A DNA stretch of 64,000 nucleotides from assembly GCA_011109175.1 (NCBI GenBank), contig RDEW01000036.1, positions 3,583 to 67,582 of the forward strand. The letters are read 5' to 3'. The position numbers were made by a program, and so were the translations under genes. Below are positions 12,040 through 23,419 of the stretch, piece by piece. The DNA is from Dicyema japonicum (taxonomy: Eukaryota; Animalia; Dicyemida). Under the pieces are notes generated by a model. It worked only from the letters and a program-made list of their open reading frames with translations. It did not search any database and was not told where the DNA came from. Position 1 is the stretch's first letter, and each line of letters opens with the position of its first letter.

Positions 12040-12617
12040 TATTTATTATAATTATTATCTACCCCGAAAAGGGCAACACTAAGAAACAAATGAGTTAAAC
12101 TACATTATGTTATCCAGGTAGACCTCAACAGGATCGAAAGGTTTTTGCTGTGCTGCTCAATAGTACCCACAGCTTTTCTGAATCCACGACGTTCTTCTTT
12201 GAGCAGAATTTGGAGAGGCATGAGTTTTTCTCTAATTTACGTGTTTTGGCGATTTCTAACGCTGATTGATAGAAGAGATCGGATTCGGAATCGAAGAGAG
12301 TGATAAAACCGAAATTTTTGTTCTGGATTGCCGCGTTATCGAGTAAATGGGCGAAATGTTAAGCGGATCGTCACTCTTAGTATTCTTAGATGTCTCTGAA
12401 TGGGAATAATATCCCTAGAAACTAATTTCTAGCGAATCCTTTTGTCTTCGGTCGGTTGTAAAATAGTATATTTAGATTTTTCCGTAGATGTGGATAATCG
12501 GTTTGAGAATTCAAATTACTAAAAATTGCAAGACTTTGATTTTCTTTAAATACGTTTTTGTAAGTTTCGTATCCAAGCGGTGCAACTGTAGCTTAGGGTA
12601 GACTCCATTTACTGAGG
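12040..12617 (-). mobile_element. GIT-stop LINE family 3' fragment
   Basis: STLSYSCTAWIRNL...KAVGTIEQHSKNLSILLRSTWIT-stop; tail CCCTTTTCGGGG shared with about 47860. Confidence 0.65.
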
Positions 12618-12890
12618 ACGTTTCTGAAGAATCATGTAAATCTTGATGGTGAAAAAAGGCTGCTGTGGAATACGTTTTCCGAAAAATTCATAATTTGAAA
12701 GTTTTGTAAATCTCCATAAAGAACATTCCATTTGTTGACATCTCACAAAAAGTGACATCGAAAATCAAGACGCCAGAGTAAGATTATGAGAATATTCTAA
12801 ACATTCTATAAGAATCCATTGAATTGAAAATTACGATATCTGTCTCATCAAACGTTTATAAAAGTATTTCGAGTTAATCATGTTCTATAT
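12618..12890 (-). pseudogene. Degenerate partial duplicate of the EGFR kinase C-lobe
   Basis: Colinear with 3780-4080 (MINSKYFY, FSIQWILIECLEYS, GDLQNFQI, GKRIPQ, IYMILQK), with indels and loss of the SDVWSFG motif. Confidence 0.85.
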
Positions 12891-12974
12891 TGCTGTATGA
12901 GAAATTTAATACTAAATACTTCCACTGTTTTCCTTCTGAATTTGAGACTCTTTGAAAAGTGGAGAAGAGAGAAT

Positions 12975-13044
12975 GCGCTATTGTCTAATGGTATGATGCT
13001 CGCTTCCCATGCGAGCGAACCGGGTTCGATTCCCGGGTGGCGCA
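12975..13044 (+). tRNA. tRNA-Gly(CCC)
   Basis: Acceptor stem GCGCTAT/GTGGCGC plus A; anticodon arm CTCGC-TTCCCAT-GCGAG; T arm CCGGG-TTCGATT-CCCGG; TTTTTT Pol III terminator immediately downstream. 70 nt. Confidence 0.9.
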
Positions 13045-13099
13045 TTTTTTCATTAACTTTTATTTAAAAATTCTATTTTGTCAGCCATCAATAAAAACA

Positions 13100-14200
13100 G
13101 TTATTCCTCTCCTTGCTAGGATGTCACGTTATGGACACTTTCCTTTCTAACATCTCTCTCAAAAACCTGCTAATCCTGCGAAGTTCAAACTTTATAGTAT
13201 CGGGGCTCTCTCAATGCCCACTCAACATCTGGTTCCTCGATGACGCTGTCTTATGTCCCCCGGAGATGTTCTTCCAGGAGTTGAAAGCACTCATTCCCGC
13301 ATTGTCCAAGGTGAGTCTTGAATTGAATACAACGAAATGTGAAATAACAAACTGTGCTCTTGCTGACGATGACTTCTCTTCAATTGTTCAAAATTTTACT
13401 CCTTGTTTCCTGGTGGGATTTCGACCCCTGAAAACGAATTGATTTTTCTTGGATCCCAGATCACTAGGAATGAGATGAAGCATGTCCTCCTTGACAAAAA
13501 ACAACTCCTATGCGAATCACTGGGCAGATTACAGCTACTTGACTCACACTCAGCACTATTCCTCATGAAAAAAGTCTTAACATTCAAAGAATCGCCTATT
13601 TACTCAGGACAGCCCCGTACTATTCTAACTGGAGCAGCTTGAGCCATTTGATTTGTCTTTTCTCAATTCGACGGAGCAAAGATGCTACATGGAAGCAAGC
13701 TACACTCTCAGTTAGATTTGGGAATCTTGGAATCCGTCGTACTTTAGACGTCTCACTTCCTGCACATGTCTTCACTCACGGCCTGCGAACCTTTGGTCAG
13801 AAGGATTCTACACTCCCTACCCGAATTCTCAATTGACCAAGACATAATCCACGCACGAGAAGCCTGGAATGCCACCAACCTCGCCCTGCCTCCTTCACAA
13901 GACTGCCAGCGAAACCTAAACGATTTATTATGTTGGAAATCATTTGGACTCCTACTGGAATCGGCCAATCAGCACCAACGCGCTTGTTTGCTTTCGGGGC
14001 TTCCCCTGAGAGCGGAGTTGGCTAAATGCTATCCAAATGGAGCTCTGGGCACCTTTCTGGATAATGAATGCGTTAGAAGTGGTATCTCTCTGCGGCTGGG
14101 ACTGAAAGTATGTTTACATTATCCGTGCCGATGTGACGTCCTGATAGACTTTCTAAGTTATGTGACGTTTGTTTCCCTCGTCAAGGAAACCTCAGGATCT
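13100..14200 (+). mobile_element. CRE-clade retrotransposon (RT end to zinc finger), frameshifted
   Basis: IWFLDDAVL, LELNTTKCE, FLGSQI, WKQATLSVRFGNLGIRR, LGTFLDNECVRSGISLRLGLKVCLHYPCRC. Confidence 0.85.
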
Positions 14201-14324
14201 TCTGGCATTCATCATACAATTTCCCTAAAAGACTTTGAAACCTTATTTACGCCTGCTCAAGATATGCTGTTTGTTATCGAACATACTCCCTCCCTTCCAA
14301 CGATTGATTAGCATGACTCTAAAA

Positions 14325-14378
14325 TAAATTGTGTGTCCTGCAAAAGTGGCGTATTATGGCTCTCATTGTTATTATTAT
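14325..14378 (+). repeat. SINE family A tail (degenerate)
   Basis: TGTGTCCTGC...TATTATGGCTCTC...GTTATTATTATT. Confidence 0.55.
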
Positions 14379-14750
14379 TTGAGCCAAAGAAACACCTTCT
14401 TAACTAGTAACTAATATTTACGTGATCCCGGCATCTCTTAATCATCTTTTCTCGATGCTCCGACTGTGACCCCACACATTTTCTATACGGACGGGGTTTT
14501 TTTCCCTCCTTGAAATTGCCTCTATGATAGACTCAAGTTTCTGGAGGCAATTCTTTATCATATATTTTTCCATTAACTTTATTGATCTTTGAATTTTTAT
14601 TAGGTTTGTTGCCGCCAGGTTAGATCCCACGCAGCACATGCATAGCCTATTGTTGACTCGATATACTGCTTGTAGAGGGTCCCGATACCTGCGGAAAAAT
14701 TTCTCCACAGTTCCAAAGGAAGGCTTTTACAAAATTGATCTTCTTTGCAC
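14378..14750 (-). mobile_element. GIT-stop LINE family 3' fragment (sister copy at 32190-32500)
   Basis: Long near-identical stretch shared with 32190-32500; ends GATGCCGGGATCACGTAA. Confidence 0.65.
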
Positions 14751-14779
14751 AGGTATCCATGAAAAAATAATATTAAACC

Positions 14780-14900
14780 AATGAGTATCCCCGTGAGCGC
14801 CGCTGGTTATTTGAGAAAATCTCGCTTGTCATCCTGATAGGGAATAGCCACGCAGTCAGGGCGCCGTTGTATGACCATTTGCTCACTTTTCTCCAAATTA
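14780..14900 (+). mobile_element. CRE-clade 3' tip
   Basis: PRERRWLFEKISLVILIGNSHAVR. Confidence 0.7.
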
Positions 14901-14968
14901 ATTTAAGATAAATATAAAAGCAAAATAACCCAAAATACAAAATCCTCAACATAAAAATCATTTACAAA

Positions 14969-16023
14969 TCAAGCTCCAACATTATAAATAACAATCTGAT
15001 CACTAACAGCCACTGCCCGATTACTCGGAGTCCTATAATCCACACCCCACACCTACACTCACACACCACAAATACCATATCTCCATGTTCAGTAAACGTC
15101 CACAAACAGTGTTTGGCCGTCAGATCCCACACATTCACGTGCTTATCAGCCGAACTGAATATCACTACAACTCAACCAGGACACGAATCTCAGAGAGTCA
15201 TCAGAAAAGGCAAGTCCCAGCACCCATGATTGATGTCCGCAGATCACCGAGGACACCTCTGAGGCTACACATCTGCTCACAAACACAATTACGATTCATA
15301 AAGCCGTATTCTCCCGTCATTCGATCCTGTCAACACGCTCTTTCCGTTCTCCGCGAATGCTAAAGCACGTGCCGGCTTTCCGTGAGCCTCCCGCCAAATC
15401 TCCTGTCCCGTCTCCACGTCGTACATCAATAAGAACCCAGTAGAATATACCGCAGCGATCTGTCGACCGTCGGGGCTCTGGAATAACCATGGAATCAACA
15501 TAACAGGCGGCGTTGACAAAATCACACTGAGAAGGGACAATTTCTTGGGCCAATTCCCCGTCACTTACTCGAAAGATAGAGAACTTTCCAGAATGTCCTG
15601 CTGACATGAGGAATCGGGAATCTGGTGAGAATTTGAGGGTCCTGGACTCAGAGGGACCAGAATCAATGTTTTTGTACAATTTTCCGTCGTCTGTGGTCCA
15701 CATTTTGATGTAGCAGTCTAAACTACTGGAAGCGACGTCTTGAATGAGAAAGGATAGTACAGTGACAATCGTTAGACATGTCAACGGAAACAACACCTAG
15801 TCTGTGTCCCTCAAACTTCCAAAGAACAGAGAGTTGATCGTCCTTCCACGTTGAACATACTACGTCAGTGTCAAGAGATCCAGTTGTGATGTACTCTGTT
15901 TCTGTGGTAGGACAAGATTTCCAACAGCATGACCAGATTGAGTTATTGTGAACTATAATTGTCAGTCATTTAATGTACATCCTTCTTTGAAAACTCCAGT
16001 CGTGGTGAACTAATGGTTGTCAT
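14969..16023 (-). CDS. WDR61: WD40 protein WDR61/SKI8 (SKI and PAF1 complexes)
   Basis: Spliced ORF has HNNSIWSCCW, TTGSLD, FEGHRLGVVSVD, VASSSLDCYIKMW, IDSGP, FSPDSRF, YSPDGRQIA, AHGKPARALAF, GHQSWVLGLAF, SSADKHVNVWD and EHGDMVWGVDY, colinear with human WDR61. Confidence 0.93.
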
Positions 16024-16180
16024 AACAAAAACTACCATTGAATCGCAAAACTGAAGAAATTTTAAATATTATATTGTTTTCATTTTTTAATAATTTATTA
16101 TATTTTAATTAAATTTGATTACTAATATTTTTATACATTAAATCTAAAAAATTAATTTTAATTGAGTGCAAAAACTATTT

Positions 16181-16623
16181 GGCCTTCTGGCTGAACGTAG
16201 CGTCTGATGACATCGGATCTGAAGGTCGTGGGTTCGAATCCGAAAGTTGGAGTTTTCAGCAAAGGTCAATTCTTGTCAAACAGATCCCACCCATGAGGCG
16301 ACTAGTCCTTCTGGCATGACACAGTAGTTAAAAGGGATCTTCCTACCTTTCTCCCTGACCAAATACTCTGATGAAGATTGCATTATGAAAACTATTCGCT
16401 AAAAAGAATGAAGTGATGTCCGCGACGGTAGGACGTGAGACAAAAATGGAAGAGGGCGGACCTACTTCCCTACCTCTCTTCGGAAGCGGAAGCTTGTAAT
16501 GAAGTATTGGAAGATGGATTTGGTCGGCACAAGCAGATGTTCTCCTTTGGTTCCTTCTTTGGATTAGTTAGTTATAACTGTTTGTGCTGGGCTTACAATG
16601 GTAAGCCTGGGGTTAATAATAAT
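16181..16623 (+). repeat. tRNA-Arg(TCG)-derived SINE family B, full copy with 8-bp target-site duplication
   Basis: AACTATTT flanks both sides (16173-16180 and 16624-16631). Head GCGTCTGA..CATCGGATCTGAAGGTCGTGGGTTCGAATCC. Tail GGGGTT(AAT)n. Second full copy at 60130. Confidence 0.9.
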
Positions 16624-16789
16624 AACTATTTCAATGAGAAATTCTCCATTAACATAAAAAGGCTTTTGATTCAGTCCTAATGATGTTACTTACAAGGAAG
16701 ATCTTTGTCTTAAACATTCTAAACGTCTCCGTCTAAACAGAAAATGGATTTCAAACTTCTTTAACTAAATGAGAGGACGGAGTTGCATG

Positions 16790-18600
16790 TTCCACGAAAT
16801 CTATCACTAAATTTCTGCCAAACTGAGTCCCACAGCGTACCCTTTTACACCCATCTCATTTAACTTCTTCCTGAACAATATGTATCCCATACCAGAGTCG
16901 ATACTCTTGTTCTCACATTTGCTGACGATATAATAATTGCAACAAAAGACCAGTGTGTTCATATTGCAGTTGCTGACATTCAGTAAACACGTTAGCAACG
17001 TCCCAACGAAAACTAAACTTTTTAAAAACATTCCTTGGACACCACAAAGGTTGCTTCAGCTCAACGTTTTTGTTACCCCAAGATCACCGGATTAGAAAAA
17101 GTTAAAAGTTAACTACTAGCTAAGTGATCCCGGTTTTCCGTGTTCTGGCTCTCGTTCGGGGTCCTCGAAGATCCAACAGAATTGGTAAATACGAGGACGG
17201 TCTCATTCTCCATAGATTCCCCGCATTTTCTAGACAGTCAGATATAGAGTGAAAGCGGACAGCCGGTTTTCATTGCCCACTGTAGAAATGACTTCACTCT
17301 CCACCTTAGATGTTCTTTAACATTCAACTCGACGTTATGATCACTTAATAATACATAGAATAGACAATCAGCTACTCCATGGGAGACAAACCTATCCTAT
17401 ACAAATCTAAAGATCAATGTCTTTCAAGTAGTAGTCACTAGGGCTCTACAAAGTTTCTCTTCTTCACAGTTAATGCCAACTCCATTCGAGACAATTTTGA
17501 GGAGAACAGAGACCCTATTGACACTTCCAAAATTTCCAAAAGTAAATTGTACATAGAGGAAATGCGTCGGATTTCGGGACAAACATCGAGCAAAAACGTG
17601 AAGGCAAGATCACCTGACGGCCATGTATTCCTTTTTAATTTGTCTGTGATTCTTTGTACTTAAATAAAATAAATTTGAAATGCTACTCATTGAATTTCGA
17701 ATACGTTTATTTAATGCGTTTGTAAAACCGATCCTGCTTGCAAGGATACATGTGTTCGACAGCTATGAACAAATTGCAAACTATTCTGGAAAGACTCCAT
17801 GAAAATTTAAAGATCCTCAATCCGGTCATTATCAACGTTATACACCCAATTCATCGAGCCAACTATATGTTATGGATGTGCAGACTGGGGAACAAAACTT
17901 GCCAAAACAAACATAGATAAGATCAACTCCTCCGAATCCAATATGACCAAAACAATCTCCCGACTCACAGGACTACCAATAAGGGCAATCCCTTTTGAGG
18001 TTCTTGTGAGGAAGTCGGGCTGAATGTTCACCTAAAAGGAAAACCGCCAGAAGAAAGGTGTTATTGAAAATGTGTCGGTTCCCGAGAGCAACACAGAGAA
18101 AAGATGTGAATATTGCTGAGAGATGCCGGAATCACCAGACATAAAAACCGATCCTACTATACAACTTAGGATCACGGGGTCGTCGAAGCACATCTTAATA
18201 GACTGACAGTCTTTTAACCATATGAGAAGTTGTTTTGGAATATCTTCAACCACAAGCCTTGACAGGAGGGCTTCATGCCACACGCTATCAAAGGCATTGG
18301 ATAGGTCAAGGCATACCATGTTTACTTGTCTCTTAAATCTCGATCTTTCAGTAATTCCAAATGCATTTGGTGGATGCAATCCGTACAAGATTTTCCGGAC
18401 CTGAAGCCCTATTGTTCCGCAAGGAGGAAATCGCTCTCTTCCATATGCCTACTCAGCTTATTGAATACAATTCGCTCAACAATCTTGGAGATAGAGCATA
18501 TGCGGCTGATCGGTCTATAGTTGAGAGGGGTCCCTGCCCGACTTTCCTAATTTTAAATTTATCCTGACTAGAGTTTTTCCATTGTTTTGGGACATGTCCA
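16790..18600. mobile_element. Cluster of APE-type LINE fragments in both orientations
   Basis: Plus-strand LTFADDIII (about 16900); minus-strand TGIT-stop end (17075-17300); plus-strand ends at about 17620 and 18140 (KCVGSREQHR..DAGIT); minus-strand CLDLSNAFDSVWHEALL (about 18280). Confidence 0.75.
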
Positions 18601-18639
18601 TGATCAATGCTTGTGTTAAACAAGTTCTTAGGACCAGCA

Positions 18640-19300
18640 ACAAGGCCTCCGGGCCTTCTTTAAACATTATCTGCTAACGTGGTCATGGCCCGGAGCATTT
18701 GCTTTGCATGTTCTATTGCAACGACGACGTCCTCTGGGGGTAATTATTATCTCGACATCCTTGAGGTCGTTCAGAGAGTAGTTACAAAGTTCTTGCGACG
18801 CCTCCATCTACTCACAAGAGACCAACACCATTGGGTCGACTTCTTGGATTTGGTCCAATTGTCTTTAAAAATTTCTGGGGCTTTTCCTGCAGAGTGCGAA
18901 CATCCATCTGGGTTGTCAAGAATTCCAGCGTCGCAGACGCAAAAGAACCAGGTAGGACCGCGTACTTTTCAAGTTTCAACCTCTTGGCCTTCTCAGCGGC
19001 AGAATAGTCTCCAGAGACACTCTGGAGTAGGTTGCAAGGGGAAAATGTGTCGGTGCAAGTGACCGGGTTCAAAAGGAAAGATTGTCATCCTATCTGGTCG
19101 TTTTCCGTCCCGCCTGCGAAGGTCGACTGGTCCGAGCATGGAGGGGTGTCGCCTAACGACTTCGTTCAAGGCTGTGTCTGAAAAATCTGCCTGCACTCTT
19201 CCTGCAGGAGAGAGAGTGTAGGCCAAAACAGTCGATCTGTCTCCGCATCGGCAAGGATGTGGAACACAACTTTTAATCCCAGTCGTAATGAGATAAAAAG
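18640..19300 (-). mobile_element. CRE-clade retrotransposon 3' region
   Basis: ALNEVVRR..PSMLGPVDLRRRDGKRPDRMTIFPF, VTCTDTF, AAEKAKRLKLEKY. Confidence 0.88.
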
Positions 19301-19329
19301 TTTTAGAAGACCCATATTAGATACCACTC

Positions 19330-19470
19330 CTCCCAGGAAGGACACACTTTATTTTTAAGCAAAGAACAGTTATGCTATCTAATCATATGGAGAAAACCAA
19401 AGAATCCTCTTCACTTCTTTTTTCTTTTTGTTGGGTTTGAGTCCTTTTGTAGACGATCCTGTTCCGCATT
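19330..19470 (-). repeat. SINE family A 3' half
   Basis: Reverse complement has GCGGAACAGGATCGTCTAC...AAAAAAGAAGTGAAGAG...AATAAAGTGTGTCC. Confidence 0.7.
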
Positions 19471-19644
19471 CTCATTTTAATGATGCCGTTCGTCCTAATG
19501 TCGTGACTGTATAACACCCCTTTGTGTGGGCACGTTGCCTATTATAGTCAACATATTTAATCTTTTGTCAGAAGTAAAAATAAGGATTTTCTCTACACCA
19601 ATTAATTTATTGATTAATTTGATATTTAATAAGTTTCTTTTGTG

Positions 19645-19920
19645 CAACGTGGCTAAATGTTCAAGATTATCTATTTTTTGTCTGTTCCTCCTCTTTGTTT
19701 TCCTATTAGAATGGGCTCATGTGTTTTACTTGTCTAATGCCCAGTGCCAGGCTGCTATCCCAAACTGGAGGGGTTTACACAACTGCAAATAATGGACGCA
19801 TTTTATCATTTACGCTGATTCCGGATTGACTCTGTTACAGTAGACGTGAAAACCGGATACACTTAACTATTTGTTTACTTCAACTTTTTTCTACGTGTAT
19901 ACGGGGTTAATAAATTAATT
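19645..19920 (+). repeat. SINE-like family C copy
   Basis: Colinear with 9226-9508 (GGGGTTT(A)CACAACTGCAA, GATTCCGGAT(T/G)GACTCTGTT, GGATACACTTAA, GGGGTTAATAAA). Confidence 0.75.
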
Positions 19921-20027
19921 TTTTAAAGACTTATTTAACAAGGAAACAAATGTTAGTTAGGTTAAATTAAAAATTTATATTTAATATGGTCAACCGTAAA
20001 TAATAAAGTTTATTATACTCGCTTTGG

Positions 20028-20340
20028 CATAGTGGTTAGGTTTCCGGCTAAAGTGAATTAGGCTACGGGTTCGATTCTCGCTGCTGTTCACATGGTGGAA
20101 GGTTCCACGCATCTAAGATGCAAAAAGGGTTTGACGAGTGACGCCGTCATCAGTGAATACTCACTGCGGAACTGGATTGTCTAGAAAGGACCCGTACACA
20201 AGAAAAAAAGAAGTGAAGATCATTGCTTGGTTCTACGATTAGTTAAAATTAAATTTACTGTTGTTTATTTAAATAAAGTATGTCCTGCCTATGCGTAGCT
20301 ATAACTATTATGGCTCTCGTGAAAAGGCTGTTATTATTAC
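20028..20340 (+). repeat. tRNA-headed SINE family A, full copy with 11-bp target-site duplication
   Basis: ACTCGCTTTGG at 20017-20027 and 20341-20351. A box (TGG)CATAGTGG, B box GGTTCGATTC, (TTA)n tail. Confidence 0.88.
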
Positions 20341-23300
20341 ACTCGCTTTGGTTGTCTCTCTTGTGAACTAATTATGTCCCATATTTATGTATACTTGTTT
20401 AAATTAATATTTCTTCATTTTTGAAAATACGAGGTTTATCAAACTTTTATAAAACAAATCTTTGATTGATCAATTCATTACTTTCCTTTTAATGGTAAAA
20501 AATTATGTGAATTCATTATTATATTATTTTTTCAAATATACAGGTGCTCACTTTTTTGGTTTTGTCTACAATAACATGTTTGACGTGGTATGGAGACAAA
20601 ATGGGTAGCCTCGATAAAGGTGCTCACTTTTTTGGTAATAGCAAAATTTAAAACATTTCGTGGTCATCCAAAGTGTAAAAAAGTTAAATATTTATTTAAT
20701 ATAAATTTCTAAATTTTAATTTATAAGATTACCACGCTATATTCTATTTTGTGTCATGTCTCCATCTCTTTGGATAAATTCACAAGAATTGAATACAATA
20801 ATGAGATATTTACTCGTAGTATACTAGTGACATGTCTGAAAATAGTCGATGATCACTCAGAAGATGGTGTCGAAGTCTTTCAGTCATAAATGATGTTTTC
20901 TCCTACATAAAAGCGATGGATCACTCAGGAGGGTTGTTTGTTCTTTCAAAAATGTCTGAATTCTTTCCATATTAGGTCAGTAACACAATACAGGCTATCC
21001 TGGTTCTAGTAAATTAACCAAACTCATTTCCGACAAATATATTGAAATTTTCGGTGTAAATAATAATGTAATCAAAGATAAAAACTCCAAAATGGATAAA
21101 ATTGACTTTCTCTAATTTCTTCATAATTGAGAGTAGCAAATTGAAATGATTAATCAAATTAATTTGATAATGTTTGATAAATCTTGTGCTTCCAATAATA
21201 AAGAAATACTAATACAAAGAAATATATAGAATAGTTAAAACATGGTCCCACAAGAAAGACAAGTATCTCGTGTATGATAAACTTTAGTATTAATGGTTAA
21301 CCACATTAAAATATAAAATTTTAACTAATTTAATTAAATATATTATTTATTTGATTTATCTTTGAGGCAATTTTTAACTTTGAATTTTTGGATTTTTGAA
21401 ATCTATTTTAGTATCTGAAATAAATTGTAGTGAAGAAACAATCCAGGTAGACAATTCTAGTTTTCGATGCGATTTAAAATCCATTTGACCGATTCCCTTG
21501 ATAGACTTGAGATATTTTCTTCGTTTGAGTTACTTTCTTTCAAAAATCATCGTGGACAGATGGTCTTCCAAACACAATTTTCCAAACAGAGGAAACTCAT
21601 TCGATTATAAAAAAATGATACCCTAATCGAATCCCATTGAAAATGCTCAAGGCTATACTTTTGGGAGAGCGTAGAATCGATGACTTCCCATGTAAGGAAA
21701 TCGGTATCGTTATGGGGGATAGTCTAATAGTTAGTGTTTAACACTTTTTTTCGTAGCAGTCTTGGTGTTATTGAAATAAAATCATGGAAACCTTTATTCT
21801 CTTAATTCATCAAGCCGACCACCAACTACAGTTCCATAACATGTGGAATGAACCTAGTGTAATGGTAGAACGTTTTACTATTTTCCTCATTCGAATCCCC
21901 TCTAGTTAGGTTTTTTAGATATATTCAACACACGTTTTTTGAAAGTCATCAGTGTGTAAAAGTTGCTCTAAGACCCTTGACTGAGTATTTATGTTGTATT
22001 TGTCCTCAAAAACAGTTGGGACTAATTTGTTATTTTTGGGTTTCTAATTCGAAGGACTCTGAGTCTGTGACGGTGGTAACTTTTTTAAACTGTTCACTTC
22101 TTTCTTAGTGTATTAGCATTGGTGGTGAGTCATCTATGTCGGAAAATAAATCTTTTTCGACATGGCAATTAGTGCCTTACTGTCGACTTTTATTTCTTCT
22201 GTGCAGGGAGATGAAGAGCTAACAGTTCTGTGTCCTAATCTTACAAAATTATAGAATTTGAAAATTTATGGTCAGTCTTGAGAATGAACGTGAATAATTT
22301 CTAATAGTATGACTATTGGTTGTCGCTAGTAACAAAGCACTACCATCCTGTAGAGATCACTTCCATCATGACACACCACGTGAATTATTGAACACAATGA
22401 TTATTCCATATATTTAGTTAGATTTATTTAAGGTATGAAAAACCGGAGTAAAGTCCCTGATACATAATCCACAACATCGTCTCTTATAGGAAATTTCTAT
22501 TTGCGGAAAGTCATAGATCAATGCTACAATCTTCTTTCTCGAAAAATCACTTCTAGCACTCATAGTAACTTACAAGATTCTATATATGCACTTAAAATAC
22601 AACGAATCCTCTTGTCATCATCAACTTATGCACTTGAGAATCTATTGCTTCAAGTCTTTTTCCGATGTATTCAACCTTCTATGAACCTTAGTGTGGTGAA
22701 ATTGAGAAATATTGAAGTGTAACTATATATTGCTTGAAGCTGCATTTGTGTGCCACGAAATTGATGAATCAATATTATCGGCTTACTATTACTCTTAAGT
22801 ATTCAGGGACCACTCAATATCGAGAAATAATATTCTCAAAAATGGCAAAATATGGCATACTGTTTCTATGATGTCATACCTTTAACAATAGTCTTGCGTT
22901 CGAATTTCCCGCTCATTACTAAATTGAAGATTATTTGATTATGTTGTCTTTTTTCTGCGTTTAATTAGTAAGATGTTATATGATTCCCCTATTTCAAAGA
23001 CTTTTCTTTAGCCTTACTCTACTGGATCATTTCCTAGTGGGCACAAACTGTGGTTTTGAATATGTTGGTGCTTGTAAGGACATCTTTCTCTGCGAAGAGA
23101 GCTAGATAAGGTTAAGTAGTTGTTAGTGTTAAACCATAAAAGAACGAGAGACGAAGAACATTTTCTATGCCTTGGGTTAATTTTTTTTTATTAATTAGCT
23201 AGACAGTTTTTATTTCTTATAATAAAATAAATTAAAAAAACTAACAATTAACAACTACTGGCTGTCTCGTAATTGAGAATACATTTCCCCTGACGAGATG

Positions 23301-23419
23301 CAAGGAAATGCTTCTTAGATACATTGTGTAACAACAAAAATGTTATATGATTGAAACACCACTTGGTTTCCTTCTGGAACAGGACGCTTTCCGGAATGGG
23401 ATATCTATCCAACTTGGGA

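Noticed and set aside
16200-16400. Two CTGATGA motifs in SINE B (hammerhead core or box D-like)
   Set aside because: No stable stem II followed by GAAA with stems I and III. The first motif is a 3-nt insertion in a tRNA-Arg-derived head.
20101-20175. Hammerhead interpretation of the SINE A core (TTGANGA...GGAAC)
   Set aside because: C3 is U, GAAA is GGAA, and stem I does not close. It is kept only as a structured-RNA finding.
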